Part shown: positions 25,716 to 38,514 of the stretch, piece by piece | How positions within the stretch are numbered: the first letter of the stretch is position 1 | How the letters are laid out: every line of letters starts with the position of its first letter | Source of the DNA: Octopus vulgaris | Taxonomy: Eukaryota | Assembly (NCBI GenBank): GCA_951406725.2 | Contig: OX597830.1 | Span: 20,026,001 to 20,090,000, forward strand | DNA length: 64,000 bases | Direction: 5' to 3' | Notes under the pieces: generated by a model | The model's database searches: none | What the model was told of the DNA's origin: nothing | Seen by the model: only the letters and a program-made list of their open reading frames with translations | Translations under genes and position numbers: made by a program

Positions 25716-26584
25716 AACAATAAACAAGATGAGGACAAATATCCGTCAAATGTAAATAATGTAGATAATGTACGGTTTTAGAATTGTTATAACTTTTCCA
25801 AGTTCCCAGATTCTGGGAATTTGATAGTATTGATGCGAATAGGTGATGCTGAGTGCCGAGCTGGCAGGATCGTTAGCACACCGGGCAAAATGCTTGGCGG
25901 CATTTCGTGTGTCTTCACGTTCTGAGTTAAGTTACGGCATTACATGCCCGTAACTTAACGGTTCGCTGAAAAAGACCGATAGAATAGATATCAAGCTTAA
26001 AAGAAAAAGTAAACACTGTGGTCGCTTCATTCGACTAAAAGTATTAAGGCGGTGCCCCAGCATGGCCGCAGCCTAATGACTGATATTAGTAAAAGAATAA
26101 ATAAATGCGCCCTTTTTAAAGCGTAGCCAGGCTCAAGGGCCCGGTTTCCCAGTTTCTATGGCGTATATGTTTCCCAGTTGGACGGGACGCCTGTCCATAT
26201 CAGCGTTACTCATTTTTGCCAGCTGAGTGGACTGGAGCAACGTGAAATGAAGTGTTTTGCTCAAGAACACAACTCGTCGCCCGGTCCAGGAATCGAAACC
26301 ACAATCTTACAATCATGATGCTGACACCCTAACCACTAAGCCAAGTGCCTTAACAGTAAAAGAATGTTTTGCTTTTAATTTTGTGAATTATTTTGTGATA
26401 AAACCAATATTCTCTGGTTTGTGGTGGATGCAAATGTTTGCCTGTTCTTTGTTTCCTCATGGATTATTTCTTTTGTTATTTCCTTTTCCACTCGTTTGAT
26501 ACTGAGTTTTATTTCAATTTTGGATGATATTTCTGTATAATGCATGCAATTGTAAGGTTTTTTTTATGAAGTGGGTAATTCAAT

Positions 26585-26796
26585 TAAAGCTCTTTATAAA
26601 AAAGGCCATTTAACTGAGGTTTTTATAAAAAGGGCTATTTAACTGAGATTTCTATGAAAAGGGTCATTTAATTGAGGTTTTTATAAAAACGGCCCTTTTA
26701 ATTGAGGGATTTATAAAAAGGGCTATTTAACTGAGATCTTTATGAAAAGGGCCATTTAATTGAAGTTTTTATAAAAAGGGCCATTTAATTGAGGTT
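26585..26796. repeat. ~29-bp minisatellite, about 7 copies
   Basis: Unit approximately AAAAGGGCCATTTAACTGAGGTTTTTATA. Confidence 0.9.
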
Positions 26797-27559
26797 CAAT
26801 GTATCTACAATACCTATTGAAATATGTCTTTTGGACGCATATTGTTCAAAGTATGTATTCTTTTCTACTCTAGGCACAAGGCTCGAAATTGTTTTGTGTG
26901 GAGCGGGCCAGTCGATTAGATCGATCCAAGTACGCAACTGGTACTTAATTTATCAACTCCTAAAGAATGAAAGGCAAAGTCGACCACGGCGGAATATTGC
27001 AGTGAAAATGCTAAACTGTGTTGTTGAACTCTGAAATAACCACAACCCTCTCATTCAAAACATCTCCACACACATCAACCCCGCATTCAAACCCGGGCTC
27101 TCACTTTGCTATCAGCCTCACTTTGCTGTCAGCCTCACTTACTGAGGTGTTTGGGATAAGGAATCCCTCTCTTAATCGTCTCCCGCAGCTTCGTTTTGTT
27201 CTTTTCACCGCACCCTCAAGCCGGACGTGTCATTTGCTCACCTCCAGTAACAGAGAACCATCGCCATTTTTCCCACACTGTGTACTCTGACGAGCGCGCT
27301 CTTAGGTAGTCATTTGATTATCTAATATCCTTTGCCAAACCGATCAGCTGCAGTGGATCTCTAATGCTGTATACTTTGATTAACATAATCACTCTTTAGA
27401 CAAATATACGAGTGCCTATGAATCCCTAGATTCTCTGACGAAAATTCAATAAGCTTGTTCCTTAATTTTCAATCTACGGAGAAACAGCAATAGAAGCCCT
27501 GTTTATGAGTACTATATAGGTTCAACTCACGCACGCACGTACACACACACACACACACA

Positions 27560-27591
<32 letters not shown>

Positions 27592-27640
27592 TACACACAC
27601 ATACATACTCACAAACACACATACACACGTGTACGAATGC

Positions 27641-27693
<53 letters not shown>

Positions 27694-27797
27694 CGCGAGT
27701 GAGTGAATGTTTAAGGACTTTACTCAAACTATGTACAATATATATTTGAGCATCACCGGTATTATCTGTCACTTGATAACCCTAACATTAAATTATA

Positions 27798-27847
<50 letters not shown>

Positions 27848-28162
27848 GGTCAGTTTGTAAGTCTATGTACACGAGATTCTGTGTGTGTAAATGTGTGTAT
27901 ATATTTGTGTTTCTTTTTACGTGTAACACGAGTTTCAATCTGAAATCCTTTATTGAAGCAAATATTGTTGTAGTTTTGGGAGAGTTAGTTCTGTCAACAG
28001 GGCGGAAGTGGATGGATTAATACATAAAGGCAGGCAGATAGGGGTCACGAGAGGCGAATGTTTGGAAACTTGGCTGATGGAACAAACATTAGTACACAGG
28101 TTATTGGAGTATGACAAAGGAGATCGCTTACCATAGCTAAATAATGAAGGCATGTAGAAGTC

Positions 28163-28310
<148 letters not shown>

Positions 28311-28341
28311 GATGATGATGATGATGATAATAATGATAATA

Positions 28342-28720
28342 AATGCCGCGATGCAGTACCAAGCAGTGCCTTTCATCGCTTCTCATCTTAACTGATTGGA
28401 AGTGTTATCATGTACATTGTTTTGCCTTGGTATAAAAGATGGGCTACAGCAAATATTCTGCTCAATACCACATATTTACTTGTCAGTTATTTGACTTTAA
28501 TCAGTTGACCATGTCCCTTAGTGGCTGACAATATGTGCATCACTGATCAAGAGCAGAAGTAGAGGGGGAGCATCATAGCCATGTATTGAGAGGAATTCTT
28601 TGGGGCTTGGGTGTTTTGTCCTACATCCCTAAACAACCCGTATTCAGGGACCTTTTGAGTGGGATGAGCTACTCGACCTGAAGAAAATTGTAACTGGGCC
28701 CGACATACTAGGTCATGCGT
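28342..28720 (-). mobile_element. Truncated copy of the (AAT)n-anchored repeat
   Basis: Homologous to 25022-25420. Confidence 0.8.
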
Positions 28721-28809
28721 TGGGACTTAATTTATCGACCCCGAAATGATGAAAGCGAAAATCGATCTCGGCAGAATTTGAACTCAGAACGTAGCGGCAG
28801 ACGAAATAC

Positions 28810-29286
28810 CTATTTCTTTACTACCCACAAGGGGCTAAACACAGAGGGGACAAACAAGGACAGACAAAGGGATTAAGTCGATTATATCAACCCCAGTGCG
28901 TAACTGGTACTTATTTAATCCACTCCGAAAGGATGAAAGGCAAGGTTGACCTCGGCGGAATTTGAACTCGGAACGTAACGACAGATGAAATACGGCTACG
29001 CATTTCGCCCGGCGTGCTAACGTTTCTGCTAGCTCGCCGCCTTCTATTCATTAAGGCGGCGAGCTAGCAGAAACGTTAGCACGCCGGGCGAAATGCGTAG
29101 CCGTATTTCATCTGTCGTTACGTTCCGAGTTCAAATTCCGCCGAGGTCAACCTTGCCTTTCATCCTTTCGGAGTCGATTAAATAAGTACCAGTTACGCAC
29201 TGGGGTCGATATAATCGACTTAATCCGTTTGTCTGTCCTTGCTTGTCCCCTCTGTGTTTAGCCCCTTGTGGGTAGTAAAGAAATAG
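28810..29286. mobile_element. Head-to-head inverted pair of SINE family A copies
   Basis: 28810-29043 is the reverse complement of 29053-29286 (about 4 mismatches), with a 9-nt spacer. Confidence 0.9.
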
Positions 29287-29955
29287 ATAATCCTTCTTTT
29301 CGTTATTATTAATGTCATCAGGATTCTTTCCTACATGCAATGAAAACATTATATATAGGAATTACAAACGTTTGGGGATGGACAAAAACAAAGTTATCCA
29401 CAAATAAAGAGTCAGCGAAGTTATACAGTAAATAGATATGTTACAAATCAATAACCTAAATACACAGATAACTACATAAACACACACAACATTGAAAAAT
29501 CACATAACAATCAATAAAAATGAAGAAGATAAAGGGTAGCCTACCCACACACGGGTGAGAACGAATCAACCGAGTTACATCAGAGTAGCCATGATATTGG
29601 TCTCCTGATACGCCTTTGAAACTGCTATATTTGAACTACCCATGAATATATTTGCCATCGGATCGGACAAGAAGTGTTCCACATTTAAGAAAATATATTT
29701 TAGTAGTCCATAGACTACTCTTGTGATTTTCCCCAGCTGCTTGTCATGTGGAAGAACCATAAACCCCGGAACACATCTCTCCCTTAATCGACACATTGTA
29801 ACTCGCTTCGTCTTTCTTTAACTCTTAGTAATTCTATCGGGTTTTCACCTGTTTGACGTAAAACTGTGACCTTCATTTCATTTCCCCATTAAATTTCCCT
29901 TCCCTTTACTATTTTTGCTTGTCTACATTTTTTTCTTTCCTATCCGTCTCACACC

Positions 29956-30385
29956 GAAATTGGAGTACAAAAGGCACTGATGGGTATTTTATAGGTTGAA
30001 AGCATCATTTTACATCCCACCTATTCTTGGTAGACTACTTTTAGGTAACATAATAAACTACTGTGGCCTTCCCCAACACTCTATCTTTCGAATGTCTCTC
30101 GGAATCCTCTGGTCCATACTTCTCCAATAATCAGCTTGTCCTCAACACTTCATTTGATGTCTTTTATTCGAAATTGGGGTACAAAAGGCACTGATGGGTA
30201 TTTTATGGGTTGAACGCATCATTTTACATCCCACCTATTCTTGGTAGACTACTGTTAGGTAACATAATAAACTACTGTGACCTTCCCCAACACTCTATCT
30301 TTCGAATGTCTCTTGGAATCTTCTGCTCCTTACTTCTGCTTCTCCAATAAACAGCTTGTCCTCGACACTTCATTTGATGTCTTTC
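29956..30385. repeat. ~213-bp direct tandem duplication
   Basis: CGAAATTGG.GTACAAAAGGCACTGATGGG...CACTTCATTTGATGTCTTT occurs twice. Confidence 0.9.
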
Positions 30386-30536
30386 ATTAGATCCACGAGT
30401 AAACCATTATGGTTTTGTGCAACCGGGAAAGACATTAATTACTTGTAAGCTCACGGCATTTCGTTATTCAACCATAATATGCTACAAATTATAATAAACG
30501 TTTTTATATGTCAATGCCGTGTCCTACTGTGTTAGC

Positions 30537-30819
30537 AGTGCTATTAAATCACGTGTTACGGTCATCTACAGATTTTCTGTAGAAATTATAGCCAGCACTT
30601 ATTCTATGACGACGTTTCGTATCCGAGACAACAGATGTAAACAAACAAACAATGAAGGAACAAAGTCTCCCGGAATCTGGTATATACGCCCATTACCCAT
30701 TTTCTCATCTTCGATCTCATTGTTTGTTTATATCTGACGTTTCGTATCCGAGACGCCGTAAGACAAATCAGAGCTGGTAATAATTTCTGTTGAAAATCTG
30801 TAGAGATGAACTTAGCACT
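30537..30819. mobile_element. Foldback / MITE-like element
   Basis: Long imperfect inverted arms (CTACAGATTTTC / GAAAATCTGTAG; CAGATGTAAACAAAC / GTTTGTTTATATCTG). Confidence 0.65.
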
Positions 30820-32233
30820 AGAAAAGTATATCCCAAGTAAAGGGACCGCCCCCTCCTCATAGGTTCTGTTTGCTTTCACTTTGAATATATTTTACTTTTA
30901 CGGAAACGTAGACATTATCGGTCGCGCAAACGTAATATATGTGTTTTGTTTAAACGTTCATTTGCTGCGGTATAGCGCCCAGGGAAAGCTTCCTACTCGA
31001 TGCCGAGTGTTAAAGAACACTGAGTATCCCAGACTAGACGAGATAACTCGCTCTGAAGTGACTGACAATGGCAAATATCGATATTTCGCCATTATTATGG
31101 TTTATCAATACCAAAGTGGTTCGAGTAAATGGTACTGGTATTCTTGTGGTTCAAGCATTTTCTGATGTTGTCTATCTGTCACTCTGTCAGTTTGTCTATC
31201 TTTTTGTCTCTTTATCTCTCTTTGTCTTCCCCCACTTCTCTTCTCCTTCTCACTCCTAATTTGAAAGCTGAAAGCCTTCAAAAGTCTAACAGCTGAGTTT
31301 TCTGCTCTGCACTGTTCCTCTCACCGCTTTTGTTTCGACAGCAAAAGCAGAGCACAGCTCGGGGATAGCCCTGCTGTTTTCAGAAATTATTAAGGATTTA
31401 TAAGTCCATACTGATCCTTCCCGACCACGTGACATACTTGCGACATACTCTCTCACTACCCGTCCATATTGCACTATAAAGCTGACAAGGATCCAAAGAT
31501 CAAAGCCACTGGTAATGCTTCTGTCTATCGCCCTTATATTGAACTGGCTCACGTATTATGATATGAACTTATGGGCCACCAATCCGGCCTGCTCCTTGCT
31601 TTAATTTCGTTGCTACAAAATAAGAGTACACTGTTTATGAAACTGTAACTTCTAAAACAACGGCCAGGAACCCCCGTAATTGTTCATTTGATTATTTATG
31701 AAAGCCTTCATTTCTTTTATTTTAAACAATAGAGAGATATGTTATTTTCTACTTGTTCGCTCGTGTGTGTGTTACTCGGGCAAGAAGGCACTATTCTTCG
31801 TAACAATCTTCTCCCTTGTCGTTTCTATTTTTGTACATTCAAATCGTATTTGTGTATCACTACTGTAAAAAAAACCCATCTCAGATTATTGATTTAAGAA
31901 GTTCATTACATCGTTCTGTCGTTTGTTATGCTTCTTTTATCTGTTTGCTGAGTGTTTTTCTCCTTCTTAATCTGTGTTGATATTTTCTCCAGGTTTATAT
32001 CAGAGGGAAGTGTCTGCTTACAGCACCCCACTCTTCCTCTCTGTAAGACGAAGTCATCTTATATTCCTGCAGTTTATAGAATGGGAAAATATTAAAGGTT
32101 TACAAACAAATCATATTTTCTCATCCCCAAAGAAAAATGGTGTTGACACTGAAATATTCCAGTCTTCTTCTCAGCAAAATATCTCAGGTGTTAAATCTCC
32201 AAAACGCAGAACAAACTAAACACATCTTCTCAC

Positions 32234-32309
<76 letters not shown>

Positions 32310-32399
32310 CAACAACAGCAACAACAACAACAACAATAATAATAATAATGATAATAGTGATGATGATGATGATGATGATGATGAGGAGGAGGAGGAGGA

Positions 32400-34226
32400 T
32401 TTCTGTATTAGCCACGGGGGTCGAACACAAAACAAATAGGAACAATACAACACAAGGTACAAGCGGGGATGTTGAACAATGATGAATAACAATAACAATT
32501 AACAAGAAAATTCTAACAACAAAAATTGCCAATAGGATAGAGTTCCATCCAGGGACAACCAAGACACCCCATGCATTCTGGTCACCAAGACCACTAAGAG
32601 CACCTTAGGAAGGCACCCCTCTTCCCCTCAATTATTCCAGCCTAAAGGCATAAGTTCAGAGTAGGTCCATTCACACGGGCCATCCTCGCCACATTCACTC
32701 ACCTTTTAACAAAAATAAGGGGCGGGACAGAACTTCCCTCTCTACTTTCACTTTCCTTTTCACGTTTTACTTGAAAACGTTGGTGAAGGTTTGGCCAAAG
32801 AGGAAAGTATCTGTCTTCAGTTCTTTCAATCTCGTCCAGCACATTACGAGGGGCGTTCAATAAGTAATACCCCTGACCCACTTCCCATAGCAGTAGAGCA
32901 ACGAAACTTGGCACAGTTATTAGCCTTTTCCTACATAGGAACCACTCAGAGTTACGCATTTCTCCCATTGTTTGATGCAGCTCTGGAGATCGTTTTTGTA
33001 GAAGACCCCAGCTTGGTCCTCCAACCACGACGTGACTTCAGAAATCAAGGCTGCATCATCTGGGAAACACTTTCCTTTCAAAAACAACTTCATGGCTGGG
33101 AAGGGGTGAAAATCAGAGGGTGCAAGGTCAGGAGAGTTGGAGGGATGGGGGAGGAGTTCATAGCCGCACGCCTGTGCTTCTGATCTGGCGACAGGCGAGT
33201 TGTGAACCGGAGCGTTGTCCTGCAGGAGGAAGATGCCTTTGCTGATCTTGCCCCGCCTCTTGATTTTGATAACTTCTCTTAATTTCCTCAAAAGTGAAGG
33301 TACCACAATTACAGGAGCCTATTATATAGGCTCCTGTAATTGTGGTACCCTTTGCCAGGAAATCTGTCATCACTACTCCGTCCTGGTCCCAGAAGACTGT
33401 GAGCATGACCTTGCCAGCGGAGGGCTGCACCGTTGCCTACTTTGGAGGAGGTGAGTCACGGTGCTTCCACTGCATTGACTGTGCTTTGGTCTCTGGATCA
33501 TAGTGATGGACCCAGGTTTCATCCTGTGTAATCAGCCTTTTGAAAAATTTTGACTCATCTTCTTGACACATCTCCAAATTCATCCTCGAGCACTCGACGC
33601 GTTCTTGCTTCTGGAAAGGTGTGAGCAACCTGGGAATCCATCTGGCAGACACCTTTTGCATATGCAAATGGTCATGAATGATAGTTTCCACAGAGTCGGT
33701 ACTAATCTTGACCTCATGGGCTATTTGGTGAATAGTTATACATTGATCTTCCAAAATGGCAGCCTCAACTTGACGGACAGATGCCTCATCAATGACAGAA
33801 GGGGGCGGCCAGATCTGGGAGCTGTTTCCACAGAGTTCCGACCATGTTTGAATTCATGATGCCAGTGTTTTACAAGGTCATATGATGGGGCATCATCACC
33901 ATAAGTTACTTTCATTTCATCAAAAGTCTACCGTGGTGTGCGTCCTTTCAAATACAAAAACCGGATCACTGCTCGACACTCAACAGGCTCCATTTCACAC
34001 TTGACTCAGTTCAAACACATGTAAATCAGAAAGCACAAAAAGTTCAGAGCTGTAATTTGCCACTTAATCTATAGAAATATGGATAATTGCACATGCAAGA
34101 TCAAACAACTGCAAGAGGATCAGGGGCATTACTTATTGAACATCCCTCGTATCTCATTTGCCATAGGAAAAATTACCTTTTCTCCACAGCCAAAGGTGGC
34201 CATTTACTTTGGCCACCGAACAGATA
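32400..34226 (-). mobile_element. 3' end of a Tx1/L1-like LINE, split by a mariner insertion
   Basis: Rejoining across the mariner gives ...MANEIMCWTRLKELKTDTFLFGQTFTNVFK*NVKRKVKVEREVLS followed by a T-rich 3' UTR. Clade assignment is from recalled resemblance only. Confidence 0.55.
32847..34149 (-). mobile_element. Full-length mariner (DD34D) with a disrupted transposase
   Basis: TIRs CGAGGGGCGTTCAATAAGTAAT / ATTACTTATTGAACATCCCTCG with TA TSD; ATG 33993; WIPRLL, ITQDETWVHHY, KVMLTVFWD and QDNAPVH...SPDLAPSD motifs; stops and frameshifts. Confidence 0.95.
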
Positions 34227-34292
34227 TAATAATAATGATAACAACAACAACAATAACAACAACGACGACGACAACAGCAACAACAACAACAA

Positions 34293-34512
34293 TACATTAT
34301 TCACATTATTTACCTTTGACGGATATTTGTCCTCATCTTCATTGGTGTTAAAACAACGTTTCAGCTGATATATCTTCCAGCCTTCATCGGGTGTCTTAAG
34401 GAAATTTCGAACTTGGTTTCTCATTCCTAAGGTATTTTTCGATGTTATTATTATTATTATTATCATTATTATTATTATTACTATTATTATTATTATTTTT
34501 ATTTTATTATTA

Positions 34513-34603
<91 letters not shown>

Positions 34604-34717
34604 CATTATTATTATTATTGTTATTGTTGTTGTTGTTGTTGTTGGGTCACTGCCTGGAATCGAACTCGGAATCTTGAGATTAGTAGCCTGCGCTCTTAAC
34701 CACTACGCCATATGCCC
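34293..34717 (-). mobile_element. Second copy of the tRNA-head/(AAT)n/HHR-tail element
   Basis: Head 34717-34645, (AAT)n linker, tail 34444-34293; HHR at 34395-34350 with core CCGATGA (U4C). Confidence 0.8.
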
Positions 34718-35100
34718 GTGGGCATATCAACAACAACAACAATAATAATAATGCCCTGGTGCTTTTGATCTTAACTGATTGAAAGCGTTATCATGTATGC
34801 TTTGTGTTGGTATAAAAGATGGGCTGCAGCAAATATTCTGCGCAATACCACAGATTTACCTATCATTTGCTTGACCTTAACCAGTTAAGCATGTCCCTTG
34901 GTGGCTGATGATATGTGCATCTCAGATCGTGAGCAGAAGTTGTGGGTGGGGGGCATCATAGCCTTGTGTTGAGAGGAATTCTTTGGGGTTTGAATAATTC
35001 GTCTCTGGAAACATGGGTGTTTCTTTATTGACCACAAAGGGTTTGCATAAAGAAACACATTATGGACGGCATAGGATAAAGCACTGAGTGTATGTGTATG

Positions 35101-35475
35101 TGGAGGCGCAATGGCCTAGTGGTTAGGGCAGCGGACTCGCGGTCATAGGATCGCGGTTTCGATTTCCAGACCGGGCGTTGTGAGTGTTTATTGAGCGAAA
35201 ACACCTAAAAGCTCCACGATGCTCCGGCAGGGATGGTGGTGATCCCTGCTGTACTCTTTCACCACAACTTTCTCTCACTCTTACTTCCTGTTTCTGTTGT
35301 ACCTGTATTTCAAAAGGCCGGCCTTGTCACTCTCTGTGTCACGCTGAATATCCCCGAGAACTACGTTAAGGGTACACGTGTGTGTGGAGTGCTCAGCCAC
35401 TTACACGTTAATTTCACGAGCAGGCTGTTCCGTTGATCGGATCAACCGGAACCCTCGTCGTCGTAACCGACGGAA
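35101..35475 (+). mobile_element. SINE family C
   Basis: Head GGAGGCGCAATGGCCTAGTGGTTAGGGCAGCGGACTCGCGG...GGTTTCGATT; body shared with 52423-52758, 57952-58330 and 61335-61640(-). Confidence 0.85.
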
Positions 35476-35514
35476 AGCTTCCACATGTGTGTGCCTGTGT
35501 GCTGTCACGTGGGT

Positions 35515-36062
35515 TATAAGCACAAGGTCTAAAATTTTGGAGAAGGGAACTAGTCGATTACATCGACATCAGTGCTTAACTGGTACTTATTTTATTGTCC
35601 CGCCCCCCGCCCCGCCGAAAGGATAAAAGGCAAAAATCGACCTCGGTGGCGTTTGAACTCAGAACGTAAGGAACCGAAAGAAACGCTGTAAAGCATTTTG
35701 TCCGGCATGCTAACAATTTTGTCAGCTCATGAGAGTTTCTGATTTAGGTACAAGGACAGATATTTTGAGAGCAGGGAATTTGCTTATCACGCTGACTCGA
35801 GGATTTGACTGGTACATTATTTTATGGACACCAAGGCGACGAGCTGGCAGAAACGTTAGCACGCCATCATCATCACCATACTGCTTAGCGGTGTTTCGCC
35901 CGCCGCTACGTTCTGAGTTTAAATTCCGCCGAGGTCGACTTTGCCTTTGCTCCTTTCAGGGTTGCTGAAATAAGTACCAGTTACGCACTGAGGTCGATAT
36001 AATCGATCAGCCCCTCCCCGCTCCCCTCCAAATTTTTAAGGCCTTGTGCCTAGAGTAGAAAT
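35515..36062. mobile_element. SINE family A copies in both orientations
   Basis: Minus copy 35515-35727 and plus copy 35833-36062. Confidence 0.75.
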
Positions 36063-37161
36063 AAGTTTATGGACCTCAGGAGTATGGAAGGCAAACGTGA
36101 TCACAATAGGATTTTGAAGGTAAAGAGCCGTAACAAATACAGCACGTTGTTTTTTTCGGGCGCTCTACAGATTCTGTTAATCCAAGTAACAAAATCAATC
36201 GTTATCTTCGTCACTGTTCAACACTTAAACCATCTCCAAACAACACCAAAATCATCACCCTCCCCACCACCACCTTCATTACCGTCACCATCTTTATCAT
36301 GAACGTCGCACCACCACAATCACCTCTCATACAGTCACCATCACCACTACGATCCCAATCATTTCTACCACAAAAACCGCTATCACCACCACCACAACCA
36401 CCACCAACACCAAAACCAACACCACCACCGCCACCACCACTGCCACCACCACTACCACCACCACTACCACCACCACCACTACCATTTTAACTACAAGGCA
36501 TTAAATGGCCATGGCCATAAATTATTGAAGTTAATCTCCAACTACAACCACAACTGCAACAACTATCACCACTACCCCAAGGATCACCACCACTACCATC
36601 ACAACGACGACTACCGCCACCACCACCACCACCATCACCACCACCACCATCACCATCATCATCACCGCCATAACCACAGCAACAACCACAACCAGATTCT
36701 CCTATCGCTTCGAACTTTAGCCTCTACTATCTCGCCCCGTCGTTACAATTACACCTCGCCATCATTGCACGACTCTCACAACCTCCAGCACCACCATCAC
36801 CACCAAAACCACCACCACGAAAACCACCGCCACCACCATCATCACCATACACTATTACCTCCCTTTGTTAGATCATATCTTAAAAGAAATCACGGCAAAA
36901 ATAAACAAACAAAAAATAAAAACAAAGCCAAGAGAGTCCTGTTGGTACCCTTGGTGTCCTTACCCTCCTCTGCCTATTTATTACTCTCTCGCAAAACTTC
37001 AATTTTCTACCTTTCTCTTTCTTTCTTCACCATTCACCAATACCATCTCATCATTATCAGCACCGCCGCCGCCACCACCACTACCACCACTAACACAACC
37101 GTCATTGTCGACATCATCATCATCATCATCATCTTCTTCTTCTTCTTCTTCTTCTTCTTCT

Positions 37162-37217
<56 letters not shown>

Positions 37218-37770
37218 TTCTTCCTCTTCTTCTTCTTCTTTTTCTTCTTCTTCCTCTCCTTCTTCTTGCTCCCCCATTCACCTTCCTTTTGTTCATTGTC
37301 CTCCTCTACCTCTTTGTTGTTGTCTCCCCCTCCCCTCTTCCTCTTACTACTACTACTACTACTACCACTGCTGCTGCTGCTGCTGCCACTGTCGCCGCCG
37401 CCGCCATCACCTCCGTCCCCACCATAATTACAAGAGTTACTAACGTCATTATTGCAACTACCACAACTAACACTATAGCCAACACCACCACAACCGCCAC
37501 CACCACAAACACCACAAACACCACCACCACCTCTACTACTACTACTACTACTACATACAAAAACAAGAATAACGCTAATACTAATACTACCGATGCCACT
37601 ACCAAATCTACCACCACCGTCACAACCGCTGCTATCACCTCCTCTCCCCTCATCATTTTATTAGCAATCATTTAAGCCATCATAATCACCGCAAGCCACC
37701 AATACCAATAGCCAGATCCATCATAACAACCATCACTATGAAACAAACACTTCTAGTTAAGTCGTCGTCG

Positions 37771-37810
<40 letters not shown>

Positions 37811-38514
37811 ATCTTCGTTAATCAGTCAACTACTAATTAGTAAAAAAAAACTTTTATAAAAGACAAAAATAATGAATATCAACAAGGAATCAGACGAGAT
37901 AAACGAAAAATTACAGCATAACACAGACATACACGCTCGCACGCGCGCATATGCACGCATAAACACACACACAAACACATACGCGCATACACACATGCAC
38001 ACACACACGCACACATGCACACACACACACACACGCACACGTGTACGCACATAGACACACATACGCACATGTGCACATAAACATACATACAACCATACAC
38101 GCATACACACGCACATAGACACACATACGCACAAAAACACACAGATATATATACACACACACACACAATACATCTGAATGGATTAGAAAAGTAAGGGTTC
38201 GACTGGCAGGGAAATTATGTCCTTCTTCGTAAGGGTCAATCGACTTTAGTTAATTACCCTTAATGAATGTTCTTCCATGGGGAGACAAACTGATCCCTTT
38301 TGTGTCACAACCATTCACTTCAACTAACAAAAGCTGATATAATCTCGCCTCCTTCATCTACCCGACACTCTTTATACACCTTTATTCCTCACCCACCTGG
38401 TACCTTTATATTCATGCTTTCTGCTTTTAAATAGCATTCCTATTACTCCTTTATATTTCTCCTGTCTGGCACTCCTTACACTCCTTTATCCTTCATCAAC
38501 TTGAAACTCTTTAT

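Larger units (their letters stand above)
24699..25772 (+). mobile_element. Composite SINE-like element: tRNA-like head, (AAT)n linker with a nested insertion, HHR-containing tail
   Basis: A box TGGCGTAGTGG at 24706-24716, B box GAGTTCGATTCC at 24749-24760, tail 25620-25772; same head-linker-tail order as 34717-34293. Confidence 0.75.

Noticed and set aside
26585-26796. CRISPR-like array
   Set aside because: Contiguous tandem units without unique spacers, eukaryotic context and no cas genes.
30611-30790. GAAACGTC on the minus strand as a hammerhead 3' half
   Set aside because: No CUGANGA-like core at a suitable distance.
36525-37675. His/Pro/Thr-rich long ORFs
   Set aside because: Degenerate (CAC)/(CAT)/(CTT) triplet repeats lack stop codons by composition.
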